From Bugula neritina (lineage: Eukaryota > Animalia > Bryozoa), in the NCBI GenBank assembly GCA_964035545.1, contig OZ037767.1:25188628-25252627 (forward strand): a stretch of 64,000 nucleotides of DNA, given 5' to 3'. Below the pieces are notes generated by a model. The model searched no databases. It had not been told where the DNA came from and saw nothing but the letters and a program-made list of their open reading frames with translations. This document shows, piece by piece, positions 29,401 through 42,434 of the stretch. Each line of letters starts with the position of its first letter. The first letter of the stretch is position 1. The position numbers were made by a program, and so were the translations under genes.

Positions 29401-30933
29401 ACTGATCACTCATAGATAGCGTCTTCTAGCATCTGTAGATTTTGTTTATTTATAAATATTGGGTCATCAACTATTCAAATCTGTACCTTCATATTTGTTA
29501 TTGCAGCATTGTTGGTTATGTTGGTGTTTTATGTTTATTAAAACATCATTAGCTTCAGTCATTGGCTAAAACTAAGTGTCGGCTTTAATCATTGGCTAGG
29601 AATAAGTGTAAACTTCAATCATTGGCTAGGTATAAGTGCAAGCTTTAATCATTGGCTAGGAGTAAGTGTAAGCTTTAGTCATTGGCTAGGAATAAGTGTA
29701 AGCTTTAATCATTAGCTGGGATTTTAATTAACTAGCCTTAACTAGCCAGTACAACATCCAGTATGCCCGCTGCCCTTTCTTATCCCAGTCTTGCTATCTG
29801 TCTAACAGGATGTGATGTGGCACAGCGACTGACTGACTGCTCCTTCAAAGACACCCGGTTTCTCTCCGACTATGCATTGTACATATGCTACCTGTGGTCT
29901 GCACTCATTATAAATACTAGGTCGGGCTCCCGGGACTCCACCCTCATCAAAACTGATGCTGATGTATCCACAGTTGATAACTCTTCGGAGTTGTCACCCA
30001 CTGTATGTAATGGGGAGACAAAACCTAAAGCTAATGATATACTATCTGCTGTACAGAACAACATGCACCTGCTAGCGTTCTCCTTGTGTCATGGGCTGTT
30101 CATACCCTGGGCAGACAGCGATGCCCTGTCACAGTTTGCTGTGCACCTGTCAGACATTAAATCTGAATCTAGTCGTGACTATAGTGAAACAACTTCCAGC
30201 ATTGATCTGGTAAGTTTGGTTTCCAAAGCTGCTATTGATTACATGGTTATATTATGTAGAAGTCATGCATTTTTGTTCAAGTTTTTGTTGTGTGTACAAA
30301 CGAGTATGTTTTTGTTATCAAATAAGCTCCCCAGTGTATTTGTTTAGCTGTGTTATGTTATATGTACTCTCAATTTATTGTCTGGTATTTCGTCTTGCAG
30401 TGAAATTTGTTTGACATTGTGTGCCAGCAGTATTAGCTGTAGCTGATGTTCATTATACATGTAACTGAATTGTAGATGAAACTGGTATCCTTTGTTGATA
30501 AGGTCAAGCTGAATGAGAAGTTGGATAACAAGGTGAGTAGTCACTTCTAAGTTTCACACTATAAATATGGTACTTGCACTATATACTATAATACTTATAC
30601 TGTATATATTGCTTGCACTATATACTATAATACTTATACTGTATATACCTAAATTATATATAATGCAAGTTTGCACTATAATTTGCTGATCTATGAGATT
30701 TTTTGCAGGTGCTGAAATGTATCCTAGCTATGCTGCTGGACTTGCTGAGGGAACTGTACATATACATGTGTTCACACGACGACGCAGGGCACCTGCCCAA
30801 CCTGCCAGCCGGCTCCAAGATAATAGAGGAATGGGTGTCACTCCACACTATGTGTCAAGAAGTTAATATAGGATTAGATAGTAGCGTCACCAGTGCATCT
30901 TTTCAGGATGCGTCTAAACAGGTTACCGAATAA
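17412..30933 (+). CDS. GEMIN5: Gem-associated protein 5 (tandem WD40 propellers, TPR-like module, C-terminal region), complete, ~1501 aa
   Basis: 25 phase-compatible exons: 17412-17903, 18132-18301, 18539-18666, 19053-19239, 19632-19891, 20504-20650, 20892-21007, 21417-21579, 21827-22034, 22480-22673, 22983-23113, 23554-23782, 24325-24438, 24774-24977, 25270-25362, 25824-25961, 26699-26846, 27108-27227, 27583-27666, 27821-27950, 28348-28533, 29196-29376, 29809-30209, 30476-30532, 30709-30933 (4506 nt). Diagnostic motifs LPSSANWYC, STSMDR, LPTFGGFVY, GVGDNLIRVW, WQGLKSKVTALAWHP, YGTDDGRVG. AATAAA at 31164-31169. Confidence 0.95.
20678..20868. repeat. 16-bp minisatellite (GTGACTAGGTGGTAGT, ~12 copies) forming most of a GEMIN5 intron
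   Basis: Direct tandem array inside intron 20651-20891. Confidence 0.92.
25178..25255. repeat. 11-bp tandem repeat (GTGTACTGATA-like)
   Basis: Visible degenerate array just upstream of the 25270 acceptor. Confidence 0.8.
26497..26510. promoter_or_regulatory. Strong RFX X-box motif in a GEMIN5 intron
   Basis: GTTGCCATAGTAAC, with palindromic flanks ATG/CAT; motif match only. Confidence 0.45.
29557..29720. repeat. 30-bp minisatellite (AATCATTGGCTAGGAATAAGTGTAAGCTTT, ~5.5 copies)
   Basis: Direct array; the copy B counterpart (~50443-50517) has only about 2.5 units. Confidence 0.88.
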
Positions 30934-32209
30934 CAGTTTATGCCAGCTGCCACTTGCGATGCAGCTATGAAATATGAACATCTTCAAAATGCTTGTCTGA
31001 TTGATGAAATGAAGATAACTTACATTTTTTTACTTTCAAGCGATGTTTAACCTTGTTGCAGGTCCTATGTGTAAAGTTATTATTACATAGTGAATGTAGT
31101 AACATGACCCACAATTGTATTGTAAGAAAATTTCATTTGTATTTTTATAAATGCTTTTTGTTAAATAAAATAACAATTTATAATTTTTACAGTAACTGTT
31201 GTAGTAATTTGCAAATAACTTTTGGAAATTTGTGGTAAAAAATTTAAAGGAAACTTATAACGATATACAGGCTTTAAGGGTAGACTATTTCCCACACTTC
31301 AGAAAAGTATGTAGTTGTAGGTTGGTAATACATGGCGGCTTGTTTCATTGATCTCTGATATCTGCAGATATTTGTGAAAACAATATTGTTATGAAAAGCA
31401 ATCATAACCACCTGACTCTACTTGCTCAATATAGTCTTCTAAAGTCGGAGGAAACAAAGAAAGATCGAGGCCAAAGCCTTTTGCTCTTAGCTGCAAATGT
31501 GAAAGTAAGGCTATGGGCACCTGATGCTGGATAGGGTGAATGCTGCCAGCCACACTGCTCTGGTACTTGTCCTAAACTGGCAACTCCTTTTGCATTTATA
31601 TATTTTTATGGTTTTAATGTTGAAGTGAGTTTATATAAAAAGAAATGAAATTATGTAAATCTACGGTGCTCATAGCTATTGTAATAAACTGCAGTCTTCA
31701 TGAAGGGGTAGTCAAATATTGCTACAAAGGCTTCACTAGCTATCAGTGCCAAAATGTATGGCATAAATCAATTACTCAATTATAAGCATTTTAAGGCAAT
31801 GAATTTAGCAACCAGCACTTGCATTTCCCCAACATTTCAGCCAGCAATGTTCTCAACTAAAAATTGGGGGAAGTAGGAATATTCCGAACTGATAAAACCC
31901 GATTAAAGAGTAATAATATAACTCACCACACTGACTGGCCTCAACATTCATACCATTTATTATCCATAAAGGCTTATAAATAAAGGTTTGACTACATCAT
32001 GTAATGGCATCAATCTTTTATAGAAAAAAATTAAGTAATATAGAATTATATAGTTTGTATTAAATAATCAGAACAAAAACATATATATATATAATGTAAT
32101 AAGATACTACAACATGGCTATATAATATAATAAGGTAATACTGTATGGACTATTTTCGCATGCCTACGGAGAAGCTATACCTACAGCTTGACTGCAACAG
32201 CTGCAATTT

Positions 32210-35200
32210 CTAATGCCAGCTGTAGTCAAAGTACACTTTCTCTTCGTCTTCCCACGTCGAATAGGATTCTTGCACACTGTAACCCTCTTTGTGCTCCAGA
32301 ATTGTGTTTATTTCAGCAGGCGCTGTCAGGCCATGCTGTTCAATGCTGCTCATGTCATCAGTAGATGCTTCTGTTGGCAGCCAATTAGAAGAAAATGGAG
32401 TTTGCTCCCCGCTAGGGTAGTAACTGCAATATATGCTAGTATTTTAGTTTGTAAGGGTACAGTTAAATCAGAGTTTGTGTAGCAAGTTTAGGTTATTAAA
32501 ACATGCAACATCAATATAAAATATTTCTAACATTACTGAATATAAAAATATTTTATAGTTGTAAAATTGGACTCAGAAATTTGCAAATTTTCCATAAAAT
32601 ATACTGATCGGAACATATACTACATCTGATTTAAATGAATTATTATTCAAATTTCAGAAAATAATGAGCATCTAAATATAGCTGTGTATAAAATGGTAAA
32701 ATATAATAAAATTAAAGGGTGTGATGCAGATTTACCTGCTAAATCCAAATGGAGTGTGATAGACAGAGCAATTCAGGCGCAATGACTGGTCATACTCGGC
32801 TATATTTTGGCACTTGTTGTCTATATGCACCGCAGGTAAAGCTGACTGGGTGAAATCTGCAGCAGGATTGTTGTAGTACTGCATAGCTGATGTGTAGTCT
32901 GATATCTGGGCTGTGAGAAGGTTTGATGAAGACTGATATGGCTGTAATAAAAACAACAGCAGTTATAAACATGGTCCCATTCATATCGTACCTAGAGGCA
33001 CTATTTTACTACCTTGTGGTTATTGATTCTAATGTGGTCAACAAGTTTTGCTGTCAAATTTAACCTAAAATAATCGTTTGCTGCAATCATTATAATATAG
33101 CATAAATAGCATCTCATCATCAAAAAAGATGAGTTTATAAATTACTTAGGGTCATAATTAATAAGCATCTCAAATTTTAAGTGCCTGAAGCTCAATTGGC
33201 TCAACTATTGTTGGTAATAAATTAAAAGCTGTGAGAATGAGTTTTGCAAACGCACAAGTTATTTTCAATTAAATTAAAACAAGTGTTGCTATAACACACT
33301 CAATTCTTAGATAACCAAGTAATCAAGTCATAGCCTTTACAATAGTAGTTCTAATGTAGAAGTCTGTTTACTTCAATCTGCTAAGAAAATTTAAATCTAC
33401 TTCAACATAAAGACTTGCCATAAAAGATGAAGAGGCAGCAGCAGTTGATGCTGACGTAGCGGTGATGGCAGAGTTGCTACAGAATTCGTCAGCAGGTAGA
33501 GGGTAGGGGGCAGCGCTGTGAGTGTAGCCTGTATTTAACAACCCCACAGAGGGGCTATTTAACAAACCTGGTGACCCAGAGCACGGAAAGTTGGGGGAGC
33601 TGTAAATCGAACCTGGAAAATCTGAAAGAGAAAATTTGTGTTAGCAGTGTGTTGACATGACATAGCCTTCTCTGTGGGTTATTAATAAGGCAGTTTTCAC
33701 AAATCTTACATTGCATTGCTTCCTGACAAATGTTGGCTATCTAAGAATTTCACTAGACAAAAGAAATATTCATTATTGCAATGTTTTATAGAACTGACTG
33801 TTGACATTGAACTATTTCGACTATCTCTACAGCAGTGAGCATGCAGTGCATATGTGCTTTAGTACTTGAACAATACTGTTGATAGATCACCAAATAAAAC
33901 TTTGCTTGCAGTGATATAGACAAACAAGTGAATATCAAGTATTTCTGTCGCGATCATCACTCTAGTCCTTTGATTTAACAAATAAATGATGCTAACCGGA
34001 TGTGCAGTTCAACAATGTAGGTGCTGACATAAAAGTCATACTGGGTATGGAAGCAATCAACACACTAAAGGATATAAACGTGTGCAATGAAAGAACACCG
34101 CAAACAACTTTAACCAACTTTAAGAAATATTGCAATTAGTAGGGTTATGCTGGCCTTTTTATTTATGCCTGCATATTTATTTGTCAGTCACTTTGTAACT
34201 AAAGTTTTTGGCAAGGGTAAAAGAGAAAAGTGAAAACATCTGCAACCTGGTAGAGTTGTTCACACTTCAACACATAAATTAGTTATAGAATATGAATAAA
34301 GACAGATTTCTGATAGAAGCATTACATATTTAGAAATTAATGTGCTTATTTGATAATGCAAAATGATGAAAGATTTAGATTGTAGAAATCAAGAAGAACC
34401 AAAAGAACTTGTTTATATTTGGCAAAAGAACTATTAGATGCTAACATAGAAATCACTGAGCTTTCCAAGCATATGCAGTTGTGACTTATGAAAACTGATG
34501 ATTTTTATGAAATGATGTAATTTATATGATTTATAGCATTGCAACCATTACTTGTATGTTTGCTGTTAGGGTATCTTAGCATGTAGTGCGAAAAGTGCCC
34601 ATAGGCCCGGCTGCTGGACCGTCTTCTCTTTCTTCTCTCATATTTTCCTTCCTCAAACATTTCATCAACTTTACATCCTGACGACAGCGTCCAGTAGCTA
34701 CCCTAAACATATAAGTATTGTGATATATTTAATAGCTACATATCATATAACAGAATGGCTTTCAATTTTTAAAGTCATACATCATTTAATAACACATTTC
34801 ATAATTTGCCCAAGTTATAGGCATTCGCATAACTTTATATCCTGTTAGACAAGTTGCTAAAAGAAACTTTGCAAACATATTCATTTACATGCTGTACATT
34901 CAGCTACAACATGTATATTATCAGTTATACAGTAACAATTCAAACAAATTGTGTGGTCTCTAGCTGAAGGATCATGGAAACTAGATGGCAATTCTGGTAC
35001 AAATAAATTTTAAATCCCGCTATTATTGGCAATTTAAAATAATGAAAATGTTTTATAAATGCTTCAATTTGAATTTAATTTTAAATTATTGGGCTTTAAA
35101 TATAATTTTGAAACTTCTATGAACGTTAAATATTGTTCATAAAAAATATTGCGCAGTCTGGTTTTTGTGTACCTCTAAAGTATGCATGTATAAACATTAA

Positions 35201-38200
35201 AAATATAAGGTTTGCCTAAAAACCACTAAGCTAGAAGATAGCAATGATTTTTTGAAAACAAGTTGCGAAGCTATTCGCAGTGTTTATTATTTGTGTCAGC
35301 ATATAGAGTCAGCATAAGCTAGTAACGCGGCTAGACAGAAACCAACTGGCTCTCCACTCTCATACCTCAACATTCCGAGATAATTAATTTGTTGATTTTT
35401 ATGTAAGACTTGTAGTGTACTATGAAAGTGCTGGCATGAGCAAATACAATCTGAAGAAGTTTGACAAATTTAATTGCCCATCAACATTATCTGCCTGAGG
35501 TCAAAAGTCATCAGGTACTATTAGCTGTTGAGATTATCAGGCCACAACGTTGAGACAGCTTTCTCAAAACATTTGATATCCCAACTTATTTATTATTAGC
35601 TTGTTTAAAAATAGATCTTCATACCAGTTTATACACCATATTTATAGGCATGTAGAGAAGGTGTACTATACAGTTGTTTGGCTCAACAGATTAGATAGTC
35701 TCAATGATTAATTAACGGTTATACATAGCCTGTTCAAAATATGTCCCCTAAAATTTACTATTATGCCTCTACAGAAGAAGACAAGTTAAGTAGGCTGCGA
35801 GCAAAAAGATTCCTGCATTTAAATAAAATTACGAGTATTATAATGAATTATGATATTTTTTTCAACCAAAAATAATAACAATAAAAAAATATTTCCATGC
35901 TAGTTTATTATCCGTTTCAATTTCTAAACTATTGAATGTCTCCATTATAATTTCATCATTGTATTTGGGAATTTAAAGCCTCAGAAAACAAATCTTTATA
36001 AATAATTGTGAATTCTAGTGCTTTTTATTTTCAATTTGAAGTATTAATACAGATTATCGGTGATTAAGTCTGTTCAGTTTTAAAGTGTTAACCATCTCTA
36101 TTATGAATGTCATTGTGTACAGCAAACAGACAAACAGACCTTTTTATTAGCTGATCCTTGCTTGGCTATTTTTTCAAAGCAATTATTTAGACTCAGGTTG
36201 TGTCGAATGCTGTTTTGCCACTTAAAAGCTGGCGCATCTTTGTAGAATGTCCACTTATTCATGATTGCTGTGTAGATTTCACGCAGTGTTAGTTTCTTCT
36301 CTTTGCTTTCGTTCAACACGATCGCTATTAGCGCAACATAGCTGAAAAAACAACACTATCAATGAATAGAAAATAGACGAGTTCTTATATGTATAGACAT
36401 TCATTATATAAATGATACTGGTATAATGTCTCCTTTGATGCTAATTATTTATTATGTTTTACAATAGCAAATGTAATAACACCTAAGTTATAACATTATT
36501 TAAGTTTTTTAATTGCATTAAGAATATTTGCTAAAGTTTGTAATTTTAACTAATTACTAAAATTTAAAATATGGAGCATTACTATAATATTTATAGCATA
36601 ACATATAAATATAATAATTCAATTTAATTTATACCGCCATACATACTATAGCCAGTGAGTACATCTTTTACAAAGTATATTATATTAAAATAGATAAAAT
36701 AAAGTAGGTATTGAATTCCAGTTAAATTCTAATAATTATTTTGTCAACTATTTTAGCAAATATTTTTAACATCTACATATTTAATTCTAACAACTTATGT
36801 TAATATACAGTTTTGAAAGAATTCTTTGTGGGTGTCTGTTATAATTTACTATTTTTTGTTTGAAAAATAGTTTGCAAATTTCACCCAATATTTCTTCCTA
36901 TTAATCTATGGTAGCCAAATTTCTGCAGTACTCAAGGAAAGTTCTTCTAAATATTAACTTAAATAAATCTATCTTGCTTAAAGGTATGTGTATGATAAAG
37001 GACAATCAATATTTTGAGTGATCAATGCATTATGTATGATTAAAGAACAACCAAACAAATAAAACCTGGTTTTTAAATATTTTATTTTTATATATTGCAA
37101 GGTGTTTTCTTTTATGCTTGCAAAGATATTAGTTAGAAATAGGCTATTTTAATAAAAAAAAAATGCCTGACAACATAGTAATATCACATACGTATATGTG
37201 TGTTTGTGCGTAATACAACATGGATATTTCCCTACCTATATCGAGGTCTTTCACCCCCACCAGCCACCAAAGTTTTGGAGCACTTGTTACTTTTTGTGTG
37301 CTTGGGAAGGAAGTCCTTGTAGTATTTATAATTGCAGGGATCTTCTTTCTTCTCTGCTGTTCTACTTCCATCAGAACTTGAATCTTTGTACTCATCTTTA
37401 AATTGAACCTTTATTTGTTTCTTCTTACATAAATTGTTATTTTGATCCTCTTGTTTCAAGTCACCTAAAACACATTGGGGATGTAAGTCAAGTTGGCTTT
37501 AAAACATTTTATGTAATCTGGTTTATTATAGTTTAGCACAATTTTCATGCAATATAAGACCTCAATGTGGTTTATAAAATAAATGAGTTTATAATACAAT
37601 AGCAAAGGTGATATCTTAGCAAAACAACTTCAGTTTATTTGTCACGGTGCTGGCTTGGTTTGCACTAAATCACCATGCTGCCAAGAAAAGCATAGATCAT
37701 TATTATTTCAATGCTGCCGACACCATCAGCATTAAAACTATTTGGAAGAAAGCTTTACTTTCAGTTTTAAACGTGACAAAACATTTTTAGTCTCTTTCCT
37801 TTATCAACATGTTGTATTTGAAAAATTAGCCAAATGTCTTTTGCTGATAGGTAATAGCAATGGTGATTTTCATTTTCTAAAGTGTTGCAGCCTGATTGCA
37901 TATAATATACTACTTAAACAAACATATATATAGGTCAACAAATTGCATCTTTAAGTAATGAAATAAGTAAGCTGTGTATTGTGTATTTAATCTTATTCAA
38001 ATCACAAATATCCTTTTTAGTAAAATTCAAAAGTATAATGTTTTTTTTATTTGTTTACCAGAAGTGATTCAAAGATTTTAAAAATTCAACAAGCCTGTCA
38101 AACTATGTATAAATGTGTTATTGTCTTACAAACTCAAATATATGTAGCTGTTTATTTTTAAGTTAGACCAAAGACTTTTCAACCCTTATAATATCACTTG

Positions 38201-38535
38201 AGTAGCATTTATATAGGTTTATACATCGCGTAATATCAAAACATTATTTTATTATGTTGATATTATAGCAATCAGCAACCTAGTTATCTAACTCACAGTC
38301 ATAGTTGTTATGAAAACAAAATAGTTTTATAGCTAAACTTGTTGAAACATAGTGTACAAACAAACTTTCCACAGAAAAAAATTGCCTAGTCCCTTGAAAA
38401 CTTAATATAAAAAGACACTTTATATTAAAAATTTACAATTATTGTGAAAATGTGATTCTTATATACAATACCTTTCTTAAAAGCTGTAGACATTCTAACC
38501 TCTAACTCCAGGACTTGTATTGCAGTATAATCCAT
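32210..38535 (-). CDS. FoxL2-like forkhead transcription factor, copy A (408 aa from ATG 38493; 422 aa from ATG 38535)
   Basis: Exons 38535/38493-38472, 37464-37236, 36341-36140, 34702-34552, 33621-33419, 32941-32736, 32423-32210. Forkhead domain RPRYSYVALIAIVLNESKEKKLTLREIY...[66 protein letters not shown].LTL and C..MFE.G.Y.RR are FoxL2-class traits. Forkhead identity is certain; the subclass is likely but needs phylogeny. Confidence 0.85.
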
Positions 38536-41500
38536 TTCCAAGCTCGTTTCTCTAATTATATTATTGTCTTGATGCTTTGTTGACAGCACTAATAATAACA
38601 ACCACTAGAAATTAGTCAGCAGGCTGCTTGAGTTCAGAGGTCAAATGTTCTAAGCACCAATTAAACCATATAAAAGTTTGAAAAGTGTAACAAAGTACCA
38701 AAGCGTAGAAAAGCAAACAATAATTAATTTTTCTTCAATTAACAGAAATATATAAGGTTTTCTGCTGCCTAGCACATTTATTTTAATATTTATAACTATA
38801 TTTAACTATTATAATTATTTATATTATATAATATATTATAATATATATTATATATAACATAATATATCGTATAATGATATAATATCTTACATAATAAGAT
38901 TGTATATAATATATATTATTATAATTATAATTTAATTCTAGTTATTAATTATAATGTGGTAAGAATATGGGTATAAAATGTCATGCATATATGAATAATA
39001 CCTTGATAATAATACCATAATGATCCAATTTAAATTCTACAGTCCCCCCCTCTCCAGTTATTCTTTTAGCTCACACTAACTTATGTTAATAAAACCTCAA
39101 AGTATAGTTGAAAACTTGAAAAACTGTTCTAAATGAAGTGCAATATGGCAACTATTTAATTTTTGAATTTTGATGAGCAACATTTTTCTATATAAAATTA
39201 TATTCAAGTTAAAATAAATAAAATTGATATCTATCAAGGAAAATAAAAGGTGAGAAAAGTTATAGTAACTGCAAATATGTTTGATAAAATATGCTATAGG
39301 TATTATTTACAGGATGCTAATGTACATGTAAACTTTTCAATTTTTTTGTTTTAGAAGCATGTGAATTTTTTTACCTCGTTACTTAAAACTTATTATTATA
39401 GAGCAAATATTAAATAAGTTGTCTCACTTGTTAAACATTTTGTATGCTAGTTATTACAAATTGCCAAAAGATAAAATATAGATTGAGAACTTATATAATA
39501 TTTAAAATAACCGATGGTGTTTAATAAAATCTGCTACTATAGTAAAGCTAGAGCCATTATAAAACACATTTTATAGATTGTTTTTTGATTAAGTATTATA
39601 AAATCTGCAAAATACAATATGAGGGTTTTATAGTTTTTTATTTTATTAAATAGACACAATTAGCAATCTAACATAATATTATATTTTAATTCCCCTAAAC
39701 TGGCTTTCAAATAAATGATCTCAACAAAACAATTTTTGCAGCACCAGCATAAAAACGATATAAGCAGTATATAATCTTATTATAAATATCATTGCTGATA
39801 AAATTGTTTTGGTCTTAAAGTAATTAATCTATCCTAATTTAATTTTATTAATAAATTTGCCAATTGAAATAATATTACATATGTTGAAAAGTACAATTTG
39901 TCACCATTGCGACAAATACATGCAAAGCATAAACTACAATTACACTAGGTACTGCAGTGGCTGGGATAATGAATCAGGGTATGTTTTAATTATAAAGTTC
40001 TTGCAAGTTACACTCTATAGCTAGTTCTCATAATTCTTATTAAAGTTATATACATTATTATTACATGTATCTATGAGCACGTATAGATGTATATCATTAT
40101 GTTTAATGGCATTTTGAAAAAGAACTAGCAAATAAAGTTTACAACAATAATACTCCGTTGCCAAAATATATTAGCATTTGTTTGCGAATAATATAATTTA
40201 TGTATTTGTAGCTGTAAGCTTAGCTAATAATAACTTTAGACTTTGCAACATGTACAACTGGCATCTTGTTTTCTAAAGAACTGTAGAAAGCTATATGGGA
40301 GCGAGGGTTCAAAATTCTGAATTCTCACAGATCTAGATTGCTCCATCTGTGGTTGATATGTTGTACATTTCATCCATCAACTCTAGTCAAAGCAATGTCA
40401 CACAAAATGTATACCTCAGCCATTCTCAGCAAAAAGAAAAGCAAACGCTACCAAAGAACTTTAGCTTATCAGCTTGTGGAGCTTGCCACATTATGATTGC
40501 GCTCCACAGCAACCGAAGATAAGAAATTAAAATAAATACAAATTAAAATATGATGTATATAGCATGAGTTTGGTAAAAATACAGAAAATCCTTGGCCAAG
40601 CTAGTTCAGGTTATTAAGGTTAGTTACAACAGAGAGACAGAATTTTCTAAATTAGTTATTATTACTAGTAATTAATATTATTTATTTTGTTCAATGTTTT
40701 TGTAAAAATGTTTGAACAAATGGAAAGTTTGTCTATGTAGTTTTCGAATAAATGCAACGTTTTAGTAAAATTTATCACCAAGAGTGATATTCAGAAAGTT
40801 TTTTCTAATTTTTTTGTTAATTTAAAAAAATAATTACCTGTTCTAGATAAAGAGTCAATTTAAATTTAGAGGCAGCATAAATTAGTTGGTGGATATGACG
40901 CATGTGCTGTCTACAACTCTCATAGTGCTCACACAGTTTAGTAAACATGTACTGCATGAAGAATTACAATTTAAAGATAATAAAAAACTTGTAAGTATTT
41001 TTATTAAAATAATTTTTCAGAAAAGCTTAATTGGATTTGTTAAAATAGGGATTTTAAAAAAATAGTCTGTTCAGGTTTGGCCAATTTCTTTTTTCCAAGG
41101 GTGATAGTAAATTTTAATTGACTTTATTAAAGTCGAGTTTAGAAAAGGTAAGATTTTTTTGCATTCAATGCATTAACTTTCAAGCTACGAAATGTAACTT
41201 TGTTCTCTGCTTTTGTGTGATCTAAAAGTTGTTTTGTTAAGTTTGATATTATCATACAACATTTATACATATGCAAATTTCTAAAAGAAAAATAATTATC
41301 ACAAACACCACTGTAGAGTAACTAAAATTAGTTATATTATATGAAGCTTGTATACATTTGTAGTCATTAAGCAAGCCTTTGAACCCTATATTTGTTAGTA
41401 AAAAATCCAGCTTAAAATTGACAGATATGACTAACAGGCATAAACAATTTGTGTATATTATAACTGGTATAATTTAATATAAAATAAAAAAATAGTATAA

Positions 41501-41874
41501 CAAAATATATCAAAGTCTGGACTGACCCATATTTAAATTACAAGAGTTTAGTGCCAAGCACTTGTAAAAATAATATTATATTTAAATTTTACAGTGTAAA
41601 AGTAATGGAAAATCACAATATGTTCACTTTCTCATGGGTCCATATAGCATAGTAAAGAGAGTGGCAGGGTGCACAGCGTTGTAACGATGAGGGGAAAACT
41701 CCAAGTCAGAAGGTTTTACAAACTTCACTTCTAACTGATTCCTGGTGTTGAATTGAACTTGTAGAAGTGATTGATGATATTTACTATCAACATCTATGAG
41801 TATGAGTTGAACATATAGAGAGGTTTCTCTAAAGAGTAATTATAGACACATATAGACATGCACACACATAGAGA

Positions 41875-42434
41875 CAGACGCGAGAAAATAGTTTTACATT
41901 GAAAAAAATCTATCCTCAACACCAATTCTGAACAAGGGACAAAACATGACAGCAATTTTGATGTCACCATGAGAAAGTATGACAATGCTGAAGCCTGCCA
42001 ACTAACTGGAACTTACCTGCTAAGTTTGTTATTCACCGAAATAAATTTGGACTGCAACTTTGGTTTTATACAGATATGACGGACTTATAGTTTGCAAAGG
42101 AACACACCACAGTATTAAACAGAATAAGAAAAGAACTTGCTGCTTTTTCAGAAAATTAAATCTCCAATGTTAAACAAACCTTACACCAAACTAGGAAAAA
42201 CTACCCTTTACACACACAAACAATTAAGCAACCACCTTAACCTATAGCTGCAGTACTGAAAAGCTCACCAGAAAATATAAATAAAAGACTTAGTGCACTA
42301 TCATCCAGTAAAACTGAGTTCAATGCCACTGTGCGATGCTACCAAGATGTACTCATGAATAGTGGATACAACTTTATGTAAATTGAAATACAATCCAGCA
42401 TTGAAACCTATTAAAAATAGGAAAAAAAAACATA
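41875..42434 (+). mobile_element. Decayed Penelope-like retroelement reverse transcriptase fragment
   Basis: Translation across stops and frameshifts gives IVLH*KKSIL..., NFDVTMRKYDNAEACQLTGTYLLSLL, G(L)YR(D)DGLIVC, TLYTHKQ.SNH, INKRLSALSSSKTEFNATVRCYQDVLMNSGYN, KNRKKNI. These are colinear with the recalled invertebrate PLE pattern FDVTMGSYDGAE.CELVGLYLL / GLYRDDGL / LYIH..SNHP / INKRLS..S....F......YQ.AL..SGY. Confidence 0.8.

Noticed and set aside
30485-30493. GTATCCTTT as a U12-type 5' splice site
   Set aside because: It lies inside a 57-nt in-phase exon bounded by good U2 sites; no U12 branch consensus is seen downstream.
32181-32212. Stop-codon readthrough of the Fox TAG into a downstream spliced exon
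   Set aside because: Splicing 32181 to 31571 in that frame hits another stop within ~20 codons, and the context is not a known readthrough motif.
38780-38960. Nearly pure A/T tract upstream of the Fox gene as a special element
   Set aside because: Ordinary low-complexity DNA for this AT-rich genome, with no definable structure.
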